DNA of 64,000 nt, taken from NCBI GenBank assembly GCA_044229975.1, contig JBGARZ010000009.1, forward strand, positions 91,947-155,946. Direction: 5' to 3'. Shown piece by piece: positions 32,443 to 41,971 of the stretch. A model generated the notes under the pieces. It was given only the letters and a program-made list of their open reading frames with translations. It had not been told where the DNA came from and did not search any database. The position numbers were made by a program, and so were the translations under genes. This DNA is from Polyangiales bacterium. GTDB lineage: Bacteria; Myxococcota_A; Polyangia; Polyangiales; Ga0077539. Within the stretch, counting starts at the first letter, position 1. Each line of letters opens with the position of its first letter.

Positions 32443-33330
32443 TCAAAGACCGAGCGCGCGCAGGTCGAGGCGCCCGCCCGTCACCGGCGGGCACCAGTAG
32501 TACGAGCCCGTCACGGGTCGCGAAAACGTGAACAACCCATCGGCGGTTCCGTCTTCGAGGCCCAGCATGCGGGACATCACGCGCTCGAAGCGGTCGAGCG
32601 ACTCGCCGAACGCGATGAACTCCAACCCCTGCTCACGCGCGCCCGCCCACGGCATCGACCGCCGCAGCATGAACGCCGCCGGCTCGAAGCTCTCCTGCGC
32701 GCTGCGCTTCACGTGCGCCGACACGGGCGCCTCGTCGTACTCCTCGTTGGTCTCCAGCCGCCGACCGAACACATCGTCGCGCTCGCCGTGCGCGAACCCG
32801 CGGAGGCGCGTGAGGTCGTGCACCCAGCGCTGCACCGCGACGAAGCTCGACCCCGCGAGCCCGTCGCCCTCCGCCACGATCGCCGCCTCGACGGCTTCGT
32901 CGCCGTCGGGGTTTTCGGTTCCGTCTTCGTAGCCGGAGAGGTCGTGGCCGGTGCGGTAGCGAAAGGTGTCGATCGCGTCGTCGAGGATGAAGCCATCGCC
33001 CAGCAGGTCGTGGACGGTGTTGCCCAGGTCGAAGAGGTCGCCGCGGGTGTCGTGACGGAGCTGCACCCAGAGCGCCTGCTGCGTGCTCGGCACCGCGCAC
33101 CCGACGCCCGCGAGGCCCGGAAACGCCCGCAGCCCCGCGAGGCGCACGCCGAGCGCGAGGGTGAGCGGCGCGCCGAGGCCCACGATCGCCCGCTCGGGCG
33201 AGAGGGCGTCGCGCAGACGACGGAGCGGCTCCGCGGGACGGCACCCCGGCGCGAGGCGAAACGTGAGCGCGCGAGCGATGGAAGGAACCGACTGGAGGAT
33301 GGCGGGCTGCGCCCGGTCAGCGATGGACAT
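32443..33330 (-). CDS. Dyp-type peroxidase
   Basis: 295 aa. Dyp family motifs present (GxxDG region FGYEDGTENP, distal Asp/Arg, C-terminal haem-binding region). Confidence 0.85.
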   Translation of the reverse strand: MSIADRAQPAILQSVPSIARALTFRLAPGCRPAEPLRRLRDALSPERAIVGLGAPLTLALGVRLAGLRAFPGLAGVGCAVPSTQQALWVQLRHDTRGDLFDLGNTVHDLLGDGFILDDAIDTFRYRTGHDLSGYEDGTENPDGDEAVEAAIVAEGDGLAGSSFVAVQRWVHDLTRLRGFAHGERDDVFGRRLETNEEYDEAPVSAHVKRSAQESFEPAAFMLRRSMPWAGAREQGLEFIAFGESLDRFERVMSRMLGLEDGTADGLFTFSRPVTGSYYWCPPVTGGRLDLRALGL

Positions 33331-34276
33331 GGGCCGCGGACGCTACCATCGGCCGAGCGCGGCGAAGGGAGCTGAAGACGAAGGCCGCCGCGGCGAGGCA
33401 GAGGCCCGCGCAGACGTCGATGAGGTAGTGCCAGCGGAGGTACATCGTCGCGACGATGATCTGCGACGCGACGAAGGCCACGACCGGCCACGTGTAGCGG
33501 AAGGGCCGCTCGCGGCGATGGTGAAACGAGAAGAGCGCGAGGAAGGTCGGCGCCGCCGTGTGCAGGCTGGGGAACACGTCCGCGCGCGCCCCGCCCGAGG
33601 CCACGATGCGGCGCATGAGGGGGTACCAGAAGGGGCCGTCGAGGTCGTGGGAGAAGGTGTTGGCGAGGTGCACGTAGGGCCCGTAGGCGGGGACGATGAC
33701 GTAGAGCATCTGGCCCGCGCAGTAGAGTGTGGCGATGCCGAGGGTGAACTCCGCGACGATGTGTCGCCGCCGCTCGACGAACACGATCGGGACGAGGTGC
33801 ACCGCCAGCAGCGCGAAGTAGCTGAGGTAGAAGAACGACAGCCACTCCGTCGCGGCCGTGGTCACGTGGGCGTCCCAGGCGACGGATGGTTCGTAGCGTA
33901 GCCAGCGCTCATCGAAGCCCAGGAGCCGGTCATCGAGACGCCGCCACCGCGTCGCGGCCGGCAAGATGAGGTGGAGCTGCGTGAAGGTCGAGAGCACCGG
34001 CATGCACGCGGCGATGCGGTACGCGCGCGGCGAGGCCCGCGTGGGGGCGTCGCCACGAGACACCGCGACGGCACAGCAGAAGAGCACGAGGTCGAACGAG
34101 AGCCACGCGAGGGCCGCGCCGCGGGTGGACCCGGCGCCCTGGGCGACCGCGAGCAGGAGGAAGAGCAGGTAGGCGATCTGGATGCGCTCGATGAGAGGCG
34201 TCGCACGGAGCGCGTCGAGCGTGGGGATGCCGACGAAGCGGCCATTCGGGCCGTCGATGGTGCCAGGGGTGTTCAT
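33317..34276 (-). CDS. PAP2-superfamily membrane protein (AUR1/inositol-phosphorylceramide-synthase-like)
   Basis: 320 aa from the ATG at 34276 (MNTPGTIDG...). Six TM helices. Catalytic motifs FPSLHTAAPTF and WHYLIDVCAG. Confidence 0.65.
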   Translation of the reverse strand: MNTPGTIDGPNGRFVGIPTLDALRATPLIERIQIAYLLFLLLAVAQGAGSTRGAALAWLSFDLVLFCCAVAVSRGDAPTRASPRAYRIAACMPVLSTFTQLHLILPAATRWRRLDDRLLGFDERWLRYEPSVAWDAHVTTAATEWLSFFYLSYFALLAVHLVPIVFVERRRHIVAEFTLGIATLYCAGQMLYVIVPAYGPYVHLANTFSHDLDGPFWYPLMRRIVASGGARADVFPSLHTAAPTFLALFSFHHRRERPFRYTWPVVAFVASQIIVATMYLRWHYLIDVCAGLCLAAAAFVFSSLRRARPMVASAAHVHR

Positions 34277-34514
34277 GCGGTCGCTTCCTCGCCGACGGTG
34301 GAGCGCGTCGGATGGCGGGTCGCGAAGTCCTTGAGCAAGGCACGCGCCGCAAGGCGAAGACCCGCGGCTGCCACGCATCGGATGGCGCAAACGCGGTCGA
34401 CGAAGAGGACGTGCGTGTGGGGCGCGCGGCGAGCGCCGTGGTCACCTCACGCGCCGGTGGCGTGCGCGCTGGCCACCTGCGGAGGTGCGTCGTTGGGGTG
34501 GCGGTGTGAAGAGC

Positions 34515-35423
34515 TCAGTCGTCGGCGAAGACGGCGTCGAGGGAGACGGCGTCGAGGGCACGGTCGGCCCAGCGCTCGATGCGCGCGACGTCGGTCGTCG
34601 CGAGCAGACGCGCCTCGACGTCGGCAGTCACCGCGAAGCCCCTACGTCGGAGGATGCGCATGAGCAGTCGGGCTTCACCGCGGGCTTCACCGCGGGCTTC
34701 ACCGCGAGCCTCGCCCTCGGCGCGGAGGTCAGCCTTCCACTGCTCCAGCGCCGGGTTCTTGGGGAGTTGATTGATGTCGATCATCGCGGCTCTCCTCACC
34801 TGCTCCAACACCGACGGGTGCAGCACAGACATGATGCCTTCCTGCGTCGCCCGTCGCAATCGTTCGTCCTCTACCGCGTCGCTGCGATCGAGCGCACGTC
34901 GCGCCAGGTCGAGCGCGCGGCGACCCTTGCGCCCCTGCGTCACCCACGCGGCGAACACCGCCATCTCGGGCGGTCCCTTCGCGAGGATCACCTCCGCTTC
35001 GGCGAGCCCCAGGAGCAGCACGGTGGGCACGACGCCCCAACGGGTCGTTCCCTTCTTGTGCATCGCCACGCGCTGAGCCCAGCGCGCGACCGCCGCTGCA
35101 GCCGTGATGACGATGAGCTCTCCGTGGGGCCCGAAGCGATCGCCCATGATCGCCATCGCGAGCGGCCATCGCCGCGCCTTCTCCGCGTCGCGCTGCCGCT
35201 GCACCTCGATGATGACCCAGCGGCGCACCTTGCGAGCGTCCGGGCTTCGCAGCACCAGGTCGGGCGCCACATCGACGGTCAGCGCCGTGCGCAGCACCGA
35301 GTCCTCCACCTCCAACTGCGAGGGGCACGGCGCGTGACCCGTGAGGTCGAGCAGCGTGCGGAGCTGCGACGGATCGTCCCGCAGCCACAGGAGCACCGAT
35401 TCGTGGATCGTCGTAGGTGGCAT
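34515..35423 (-). CDS. Rpn/YhgA-like family protein (PD-(D/E)XK recombination-promoting nuclease / putative transposase) with C-terminal DUF4351-like region
   Basis: About 302 aa from the ATG at 35423 (MPPTTIHESVLLWLR...). Core VIIEVQRQRDAEKARRWPLAMAIM. C-terminal LRILRRRGFAVTADVEARL. Contains an in-frame (EARG)x4 repeat. Confidence 0.65.
   Translation of the reverse strand: MPPTTIHESVLLWLRDDPSQLRTLLDLTGHAPCPSQLEVEDSVLRTALTVDVAPDLVLRSPDARKVRRWVIIEVQRQRDAEKARRWPLAMAIMGDRFGPHGELIVITAAAAVARWAQRVAMHKKGTTRWGVVPTVLLLGLAEAEVILAKGPPEMAVFAAWVTQGRKGRRALDLARRALDRSDAVEDERLRRATQEGIMSVLHPSVLEQVRRAAMIDINQLPKNPALEQWKADLRAEGEARGEARGEARGEARLLMRILRRRGFAVTADVEARLLATTDVARIERWADRALDAVSLDAVFADD
34670..34717. repeat. 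12-bp tandem repeat x3 plus a partial copy (gggcttcaccgc), in-frame inside the Rpn-like gene
   Basis: Copies at 34670-34681, 34682-34693 and 34694-34705, then a diverged copy. Encodes AEGEARGEARGEARGEAR on the minus strand. Confidence 0.85.
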
Positions 35424-35531
35424 GCGACGCAGACATCGCAGCGTGCATGCCACGCGTATTCATCGAAAAACAAAGCATCGCCGGGGTGGCGGCGGGGTGG
35501 CGGCGAGGGGTGGCGGTGACGTGCCGCGAGC

Positions 35532-36086
35532 CTACACCGTCCCGATGAGGCGCTCGCGCTCCCGATCGATAGCTTGCTTGATCTCGTGCGCGGCCCAGGC
35601 CGGTCCGAGCTGCACGTCGACGTGCGGTGTCTTGTCTCCTGGAGCGGGATTGAAGATCAGGGCGCAGTTCTCCGGCGCGGGCCACCAGGCATCGTCGCCG
35701 AAGTCGTCGGGATGGACGTCGATATGGGCCTGCGCCGCGGGCATCTTCCGCCGCCACCACGGAACACCCAGGAAGCGACGCGACAGGACGAAGAGTCCGT
35801 CCTCCCAACGCAGGTCGAAGGTCAGCGTCAGGCGGAAGAACGCCCACCCCACTGGCACCCATGCCGCCATCTTGAGTGCCGACCGTGGCGCCTCGAAGAG
35901 AAGCGGGAGGCACAAGTAACCGGACAGGAGAAAGAGCGCGAGACCCAGGCTGATGAGCGCCCATTGGTCGTAGCCGCCGACCGCGAAGCCCGATGGCATC
36001 GACCGCATCCACACCTGTCGCGCGAGACGCACCCGACGGCCCGTCGGCGGTGGGGGCGGCTCTGGTGATCGAAACGGGTGGTCCAT
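35532..36086 (-). CDS. Hypothetical membrane protein
   Basis: 184 aa with two central TM helices (WALISLGLALFLLSGYLCLPLLF; MAAWVPVGWAFFRLTLTF). No recognisable family. Confidence 0.45.
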   Translation of the reverse strand: MDHPFRSPEPPPPPTGRRVRLARQVWMRSMPSGFAVGGYDQWALISLGLALFLLSGYLCLPLLFEAPRSALKMAAWVPVGWAFFRLTLTFDLRWEDGLFVLSRRFLGVPWWRRKMPAAQAHIDVHPDDFGDDAWWPAPENCALIFNPAPGDKTPHVDVQLGPAWAAHEIKQAIDRERERLIGTV

Positions 36087-36446
36087 GGGTGGGTATCAGA
36101 GGGAGACCATGGGACGGTGTTCGTGTCGATCCAGGAGGCGATCGACGAGCTCCCTCGGCGTCCCGTCATCGCACCACCCGTCCGCCGTCCATACACCCCG
36201 CACCGGAATCCGTGCATGACTGTTCGATAGGACCATCGCGGCAGGGGGCCGCACCATGTCTCGATCGCCACGATCGTGTGTCGCGCCCCCCGCGCTCAAC
36301 GCTGGGAAAGCGCCGATTCTCGGCGCGCATGCACGGGCACGTCTCGTGGATAGGGCGGCCACGCCTCGGTCGCCGGTGCCGCCGGGGTCGCGTCGCCGTG
36401 CGTCGGCGGCGCTTCATTCGACCGATGGCGGAAGGGGAGTCATCCA

Positions 36447-36971
36447 ATGGGCGTGTGGGATTCGGTCTTGAACACCGTGAGTCGCATCACGGGCAGCGCG
36501 GCGGACGTGACGATGCGCTTCGGGCCACACGGCGTGATGCCAGGCGAGGACGTCAAGGTGGAGATCGAGGTGATCGGGGGGAAGACCGCGGTGGAGGTGC
36601 GAGAGATCATCGTCGACATCGAGGCCAACGAGCACGTCACGCTCAAGAGCGTCGAACGCACGCTCGATGAGCTCGCGGGCGCGCTCGACCAGCACGGGCG
36701 ATCGCGACCGACGTCGCGACCGGCGAGCTTCTCGCCGCACACCGTCAACGTGTTTCGCCAGAAGGTGCGAGTGGCTCAACCGTTCACGCTCGGAGCCGGA
36801 GAGAAGAAGTCGTACTCCGGCCGCTTCCGCCTGCCCGACAACGCACAACCCACTTACGAGGGGACCAACGTTCGCCACTATTGGCAGATCCGCGCTCGTC
36901 TCGACATCCTGGGCGCCGACCCGACTAGCGACTGGTGCGCCCTGGCCGTCGGGCGCCGCGTCACGGGCTAA
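36447..36971 (+). CDS. Spo0M-like (arrestin-N-like fold) protein
   Basis: 174 aa. MGVWDSVLNTVSRITGSAADVTMRFGPHGVMPGEDVKVEIEVIGGKTAVEVREIIVDIEA matches the start of the SpoOM family. Confidence 0.6.
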   Translation: MGVWDSVLNTVSRITGSAADVTMRFGPHGVMPGEDVKVEIEVIGGKTAVEVREIIVDIEANEHVTLKSVERTLDELAGALDQHGRSRPTSRPASFSPHTVNVFRQKVRVAQPFTLGAGEKKSYSGRFRLPDNAQPTYEGTNVRHYWQIRARLDILGADPTSDWCALAVGRRVTG

Positions 36972-37086
36972 CGGTCGCGGCCACCCACGTTGCCAGTGGC
37001 TCTTCCACGGGCCGACGACGATGCGCGTCCGCGCGGCTGTTTCATCGAGCCTCCAAGCGGCACGCAGGATGCGTTGATGGCTGCCC

Positions 37087-37587
37087 ATGTCGTTCGCCAA
37101 CATTGCATCGCAGTTCAGGGCGATGCGCTGGCGGCTCTGCACTTTGCTCGTCTTCGCGGCGCTCGCGGTCGTCGCGTGGCAGCGCCACTACTCTCTCGTC
37201 GTGGTCAGCGCCGACGTCCCCGCCGTCGACCCGTTTCAGCTCTTCTGCGCAACCTGGGACTGCACGCCGCTGCCCCGCAGCGCACCCGACCCCTACGTCA
37301 TGGTGACGCCCTGGGCGCGCGGCGTCCGCGACTCCCACACCTCCACGCGCCGCGACACCTTCGCTCCCCACTGGAACCAGGTGGTGATCGAGAACGAGAC
37401 CGCCGACGTGCTCATGCAGCCCATCGCCCTCCACGTCGTCGATCAGGACGACGAGACCTTCAACGTCGACGACACCATCGCGCGCTTCCAGCTTCGACTC
37501 ACGCGCGAGCAGCTCCGACCCGGACGCATCGTGCTGACGACCCCGGTAGGTGCCCGCACCGCGACGCTGACCCTCGAAGTGCGCTGA
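37087..37587 (+). CDS. Hypothetical secreted/membrane-anchored protein (possible C2-like beta-sandwich)
   Basis: 166 aa. N-terminal hydrophobic anchor LCTLLVFAALAVVAW, then beta-rich DQDDETFNVDDTIARFQL. Confidence 0.4.
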   Translation: MSFANIASQFRAMRWRLCTLLVFAALAVVAWQRHYSLVVVSADVPAVDPFQLFCATWDCTPLPRSAPDPYVMVTPWARGVRDSHTSTRRDTFAPHWNQVVIENETADVLMQPIALHVVDQDDETFNVDDTIARFQLRLTREQLRPGRIVLTTPVGARTATLTLEVR

Positions 37588-37648
37588 GCCGGAGGTGCGA
37601 CAGTCGCCACCCGGAGCGAGGGAGAGAGCTCGCGCCGCGGAGCGCTGG

Positions 37649-37993
37649 TCAGTCGGCCACGCGCTCGGCGGCGTCGAAGAGCGGTTGGTAGAACTCGAGC
37701 CGCTCGCGCCCGATGCGCTCGGCGAGCACGGCCCAGGGGACAGGACGATCGGCGTCGTCCAGGCCGACCGCGTCGACGAGGAAGAAGTGGCCCGCGTACA
37801 TGCCGCGCGGCTGATCGGCGGACTCGCGGATGTCGTAGAAGGCCGTGATCGCCTGGACGAAGTGCGCCACGATGGCGTCGCGGTCTTCGCCGAGGGCGGG
37901 CAGCGCATCGACGAACCAGGCGCCGAGGCGATCGAGCAGACGTTCGCGGCCGTCGGACGTCGTGAGCTCGTCGGGGTCGATGGGAAACGCCAT
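37649..37993 (-). CDS. Hypothetical small acidic protein
   Basis: 114 aa coherent ORF with no recognisable motif. Immunity-protein-like composition. Confidence 0.4.
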   Translation of the reverse strand: MAFPIDPDELTTSDGRERLLDRLGAWFVDALPALGEDRDAIVAHFVQAITAFYDIRESADQPRGMYAGHFFLVDAVGLDDADRPVPWAVLAERIGRERLEFYQPLFDAAERVAD

Positions 37994-38099
37994 CGCCGGA
38001 CGCTACGAGCGCACCGACCGACGCCGCAAGGTCGCGAGCCGGCGTCGCAGCGCGGCGGTCGCTTGCCCGGCCCGCAGGCAAACGCCCAACCCCCGTCCG

Positions 38100-39356
38100 T
38101 CAGCGTCCCGTCGCCCCCCGCTCACGCACCTCGGGCACCCGCGGCCACCACAGCCACGCCAGCGTCCCCGGAATCACCCACGCCGCGAGCACCAGCAGCA
38201 CCTCGCGGTACCCGCTGTGGGCCTCCACCCCGCGCCCGATCAGTGGGTTCGCCACCGTGAACGCCAGCGCCTGCGCCGACGCGCACCAACCGCCCGCCGT
38301 CGACACACCCCGCGCCGGAATGCGCGCCAGCATGTCCGAGGTGATCATCGCGTAGGTCCCGCCGCCGCCGAACATCGCCACGCCCGCGAAGCCCATCGCC
38401 ATCCACGCCGACGTGGCCGTCGTCATCGCCGCCGTCCCGCCCGCCGCCAGCGCGCCGCTCAACACGATGAGCCCAGGGTGCGTCCCGCCGCGCACGTTGC
38501 TCGCGTGACGCGCGAGCCGCGCCGACACATCACCAAACACCACGCTCCCCAGGTCGAACATCAGCGGCGGCAGCCAGATGAACGCCGCCACCCCCTTCTG
38601 CGTCACCCCCCACGTCCGCACCAGGTACTTCGCGCTCCACGTGAGCACGAGCCCGATGGCGGGCGACGACGCCACGATGAGCGCCAGCGTCCGCACCACC
38701 GCGGGCGACCGCCACGCGCTCCACCGCTCCGTGACCTCGCCCTCGGCCACCGTCTCGGGTGCCGCGTCGAGCACCTCGCGCCCCGGCGAGCGCCACGCCA
38801 CGCCCATCCACAACGGAACCCACACGAGCCCCGCCAGCGCCGACACCAGCAGCGCCCCGCGCCACCCGAACGCCCCCATCAGCCCCACCGCGATGGGCGG
38901 CGCGATCATCGACCCGATGGAGCTTCCGGTGAACAGCACCCCGACCCCTCGCGGCCGCTCGGACGGCGGCAGCGCGCGGTGCACCGTCTGCGACGCCCCC
39001 GGAAACGACGGCGACTCCGCGAAGCCCAGCAGCACGCGAAACACCACCAGCGCTCCGAAGCCCGGCGCCAGCGCGTGGAGGGCCGACGCGACGGTCCACA
39101 CCAGCACCGCCGCCAGCAGTCCGCGGCGGGCGCCGACGCGGTCGATCCACCGTCCCGCGAAGGGCGCGCCGATCAGGTACGCCAGCGAGAACGTCGACAT
39201 CATCAGCCCGTACCGCGTCTCCGAGATGTGCAGCTCGCGGGTGATGGTGGGCGCCAGCACCGCCAGCGCCTGCCGGTCGACGTAGCTGATGGTCATGGTG
39301 AAGGTCGCCGCCAGCACCAGCATCCACGACTGTCCGCGGGTCAGCGTCGACGTCAT
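38100..39356 (-). CDS. MFS transporter
   Basis: About 418 aa from the ATG at 39356 (MTSTLTRGQSWMLVLAATFT...). 12 TM helices; MFS motif GRWIDRVGARRG. Confidence 0.85.
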   Translation of the reverse strand: MTSTLTRGQSWMLVLAATFTMTISYVDRQALAVLAPTITRELHISETRYGLMMSTFSLAYLIGAPFAGRWIDRVGARRGLLAAVLVWTVASALHALAPGFGALVVFRVLLGFAESPSFPGASQTVHRALPPSERPRGVGVLFTGSSIGSMIAPPIAVGLMGAFGWRGALLVSALAGLVWVPLWMGVAWRSPGREVLDAAPETVAEGEVTERWSAWRSPAVVRTLALIVASSPAIGLVLTWSAKYLVRTWGVTQKGVAAFIWLPPLMFDLGSVVFGDVSARLARHASNVRGGTHPGLIVLSGALAAGGTAAMTTATSAWMAMGFAGVAMFGGGGTYAMITSDMLARIPARGVSTAGGWCASAQALAFTVANPLIGRGVEAHSGYREVLLVLAAWVIPGTLAWLWWPRVPEVRERGATGR

Positions 39357-39838
39357 CGGGGCTGCGTCCGCTCGAAGTCGGCGAGGGTCATCCGCTCGAC
39401 GCGACCCTTGAGCGCCGACGCCGGGATGAGATCGCCCGCGAGGTAGCGCCACCCCACGCCGTCGTGCGCGAAGTACGAACGCTCCACGAAAGACCGGTCG
39501 CTCTTCCCTTCTTGAATGCGCGCGTAGAAGAGCACCTCGGCGAGGCCGTCGCTCCCTGTGGGACGACGGTCGAGCACCCGCAGACCCTGGTAGCGGTACA
39601 CCCGAAACGTCTGCTTCAACGACCGCCGCACCGCCTCGACCCCACCCTCCAGGTCGGCGTGATCGGCGTGCATCGTTCGCAACAGGTACGAGTCGTCACC
39701 GCGCGCGAAGGCCACGTAGCGCGAGCGCATCAGCGCCTCGGCGTCGGGCGCCTCGCGCTCACCCCGGTGGTACGGACCGCAGCAGCTCTCGTAGTCCCGC
39801 CCGGTGTCGCACGCGCACCGCCTGTCGTCGGTTGGCAC
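39353..39838 (-). CDS. YchJ family protein (UPF0225) with SEC-C metal-binding motif
   Basis: 161 aa. N-terminal CACDTGRDYESCCGPYH and C-terminal nuclear-transport-factor-2-like domain. Confidence 0.7.
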   Translation of the reverse strand: MPTDDRRCACDTGRDYESCCGPYHRGEREAPDAEALMRSRYVAFARGDDSYLLRTMHADHADLEGGVEAVRRSLKQTFRVYRYQGLRVLDRRPTGSDGLAEVLFYARIQEGKSDRSFVERSYFAHDGVGWRYLAGDLIPASALKGRVERMTLADFERTQPR

Positions 39839-39892
39839 CGTCGGAGTCCTCTCGGCTAGTACTGCTTCGCCAGCGTTCTGACGGGTTGGAGA

Positions 39893-39988
39893 GGCCGCAA
39901 GGGCGCCAGGGTCGCAAGGGAGGAACGAACAGCGCGACTCATCAACACCTCATCTCATCTTGTCCTTGCGACCCTGGCGTCCTTGCGG
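39893..39988. repeat. Hairpin of the same motif family as 2511-2634 (arms ccgcaagggcgccagggtcgcaagg / ccttgcgaccctggcgtccttgcgg, about 38-nt AT-rich loop)
   Basis: About 25-bp arms, 24/25 complementary. Shares the CGCAAGGGCGC[AC]AGGGTCGCAAGG core with 2511-2538. Confidence 0.7.
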
Positions 39989-39991
39989 CTT

Positions 39992-41074
39992 TCAACCGTT
40001 CAGAACTCTTGCGATGCGACCCCAGGCGGGCTTCATCGCCGCGTCGACGCGCGCGCGCAGTTCGCCCTGTCGGTCGATCACGCTCTTCGCCAACGACCAC
40101 TGCCCGCGCGCTCGCACCAGGTTGTGCCCGCCGCGCGTCGCGTGACGTGACGGGTCCCATCCGAAGTAGCGCTCGTTGAGGGCGTCCGCCGCGAAGCGCG
40201 CCGCGAGCTCCGTGCAGATCGTCGCCAGTCCGTCGACGAGGGCATCCGTCTCCTCGGGCGTCACGAGCTCGCCCGCCGTGCTCGCGTAGCCCGCTACCGC
40301 CCGGCCCAGGCGCTCGGCGTCGACCGCGCAGTCCGTCGCGTCCTCGCCCGACGGGTTGCACCACGAGCGCAGCGCATCACCCAGCTCGAAGGGCAGCACC
40401 ATCCGGCCGACGGTGTCGAGGTCGACGAGGCACACCCCGCGCAGATGCTCGTCGAAGAGCAGGTTGGAGAGCTTCAGGTCACCGTGCGCATGACGCAACG
40501 GAAGCGCCCCGAAGGTCGGCAGCGCCGCACCCGCGCGCTCGATGTCATCGGCCAGGGGCGCGACCTGCTCATAGAGCGCGTGGGCGCGACCGTCGTCGAC
40601 GGCCTGCGCGAGCGTCGCGAGGTGCGCGCGGGTGTCGTGAACGCCCGGCCGCGTGAAGCGGTACGCGTGGTCGAGGTCGCCGAGCGCGCGGTGAAACGAA
40701 CCCACCAGCGCGCCGGCCGCGAAGACGTGATCGGCGCTCACCGGTCGGTCGAAGGTCTGCGCGTCGGGGACGAAGGTCTGCGCGCGCCAGATCTCGGTGC
40801 GCTCACTCGTCGGGCGTTCGACCCAGAGGGCGCCATCGCGCGTCGGGAGGAGCCGCGGCGTCACCATCGCCTTCGCCGCGAGGTGCGCGGTGACGGCCTC
40901 GATGTCGTGGTGCACCGCCGCGCCAAACACCGGGTGCAGTCGCTGGAGCACACACCGCCGACCGTCCGCTTCGAGCAGGAACGTATCGTTGATGAGCCCC
41001 CGCCCATACGGTTTCGCGGCGGCGCCCTCGAAGCCCTCGAAGCGCGCGAGCACCTCCGGGGGAGGTGAGGTCAC
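39992..41074 (-). CDS. Phosphotransferase enzyme family protein (APH/choline-kinase-like)
   Basis: 360 aa. Brenner motif HGDLKLSNLLFDE and VDLDTVG (DxD) typical of the APH fold. Confidence 0.75.
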   Translation of the reverse strand: MTSPPPEVLARFEGFEGAAAKPYGRGLINDTFLLEADGRRCVLQRLHPVFGAAVHHDIEAVTAHLAAKAMVTPRLLPTRDGALWVERPTSERTEIWRAQTFVPDAQTFDRPVSADHVFAAGALVGSFHRALGDLDHAYRFTRPGVHDTRAHLATLAQAVDDGRAHALYEQVAPLADDIERAGAALPTFGALPLRHAHGDLKLSNLLFDEHLRGVCLVDLDTVGRMVLPFELGDALRSWCNPSGEDATDCAVDAERLGRAVAGYASTAGELVTPEETDALVDGLATICTELAARFAADALNERYFGWDPSRHATRGGHNLVRARGQWSLAKSVIDRQGELRARVDAAMKPAWGRIARVLNG

Positions 41075-41853
41075 GGATCGACCGGCAGCGGCGGAGCCTC
41101 GAAGGGCAGCGTCACCTCGCCCACCTCACCCGCCGTCACCTCGGCTTCGGCGTTGAGGGTCTGGAGGACGGTTCCGTTGCCGTTCATGACGCGGTAGATG
41201 CGGCCGACGACGGCGTAGCGACCGGGCTGCACGCCCTCCATCTCGGGCGCCGGGATGCCAGTGCCGCGGGTCGGCCCATTGAACGTGATGACCCCGGAGG
41301 TGCAGTTGGCCTGCCGCGACCCGAGCAGCCGCACATCGACCTGGACCACCGACGCGGTGGTGGTCGGGCACGTCGGGCGGGCGACCTCGCCGTTGACGGT
41401 CCAGCGCACGGAGAGGCGGCCGGGCGGCGAGAAGTCGACGACGGCGTTGGTGGTGGTGTCGGAGGTGACGCTGGCCTCGACGGCGTAGCGGTAGATGGCC
41501 GTGCCGTTGGCGCGCAGGAGGTTGGCGCCGATGTTGTAGTTACCCGCCGGAACCGACGGCTCCATGAACGACCCCTTCGTGCACGGGAAGGTCATGCTGC
41601 CGCCGAAGGAGAGCTGGAGCTCGACGCGATCGGCGCCCACGGCGGCGCAGGCCGCGGCGGGCGACATGCCGTTGATGGTCCACGTCACGTTGAGGGACCC
41701 GGGGCCCACGAAGAGCGGGATATCCCCGGCGTCGGTGCCCGCGTCGACCCCGGCGTCGACCGGGGTGATTCCGGGCGCGGCCGTTGAACAACCGAGCGCC
41801 CCGAGGAGACAAAGCGCGGCAAACGAGCCCTTCACGAGACGTTGAACCTCCAT
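41071..41853 (-). CDS. Lipoprotein with two homologous beta-rich modules
   Basis: 260 aa from the ATG at 41853 (MEVQRLVKGSFAALCLLGALGCSTAA; lipobox LGALGC). Internal duplication (LNVTWTINGMSPAAAC... / LSVRWTVNGEVARPTC...). Confidence 0.55.
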   Translation of the reverse strand: MEVQRLVKGSFAALCLLGALGCSTAAPGITPVDAGVDAGTDAGDIPLFVGPGSLNVTWTINGMSPAAACAAVGADRVELQLSFGGSMTFPCTKGSFMEPSVPAGNYNIGANLLRANGTAIYRYAVEASVTSDTTTNAVVDFSPPGRLSVRWTVNGEVARPTCPTTTASVVQVDVRLLGSRQANCTSGVITFNGPTRGTGIPAPEMEGVQPGRYAVVGRIYRVMNGNGTVLQTLNAEAEVTAGEVGEVTLPFEAPPLPVDP

Positions 41854-41971
41854 CGCGGCGCATGAAGCACTGCGACCCCGGTCAGTGTCAACGACGCCCG
41901 CCGCGGGGCCCTTGCGTCCAGAGCGGGAGTGCGGTTGAACCCCGCGCGCAGTTTCTACGTCGGAGCCACCC

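Noticed and set aside
35847-35862. Second TGGCAC motif as a sigma-54 promoter
   Set aside because: The GC element is one position too close (TGGCACccatGCC). It lies inside a coding region.
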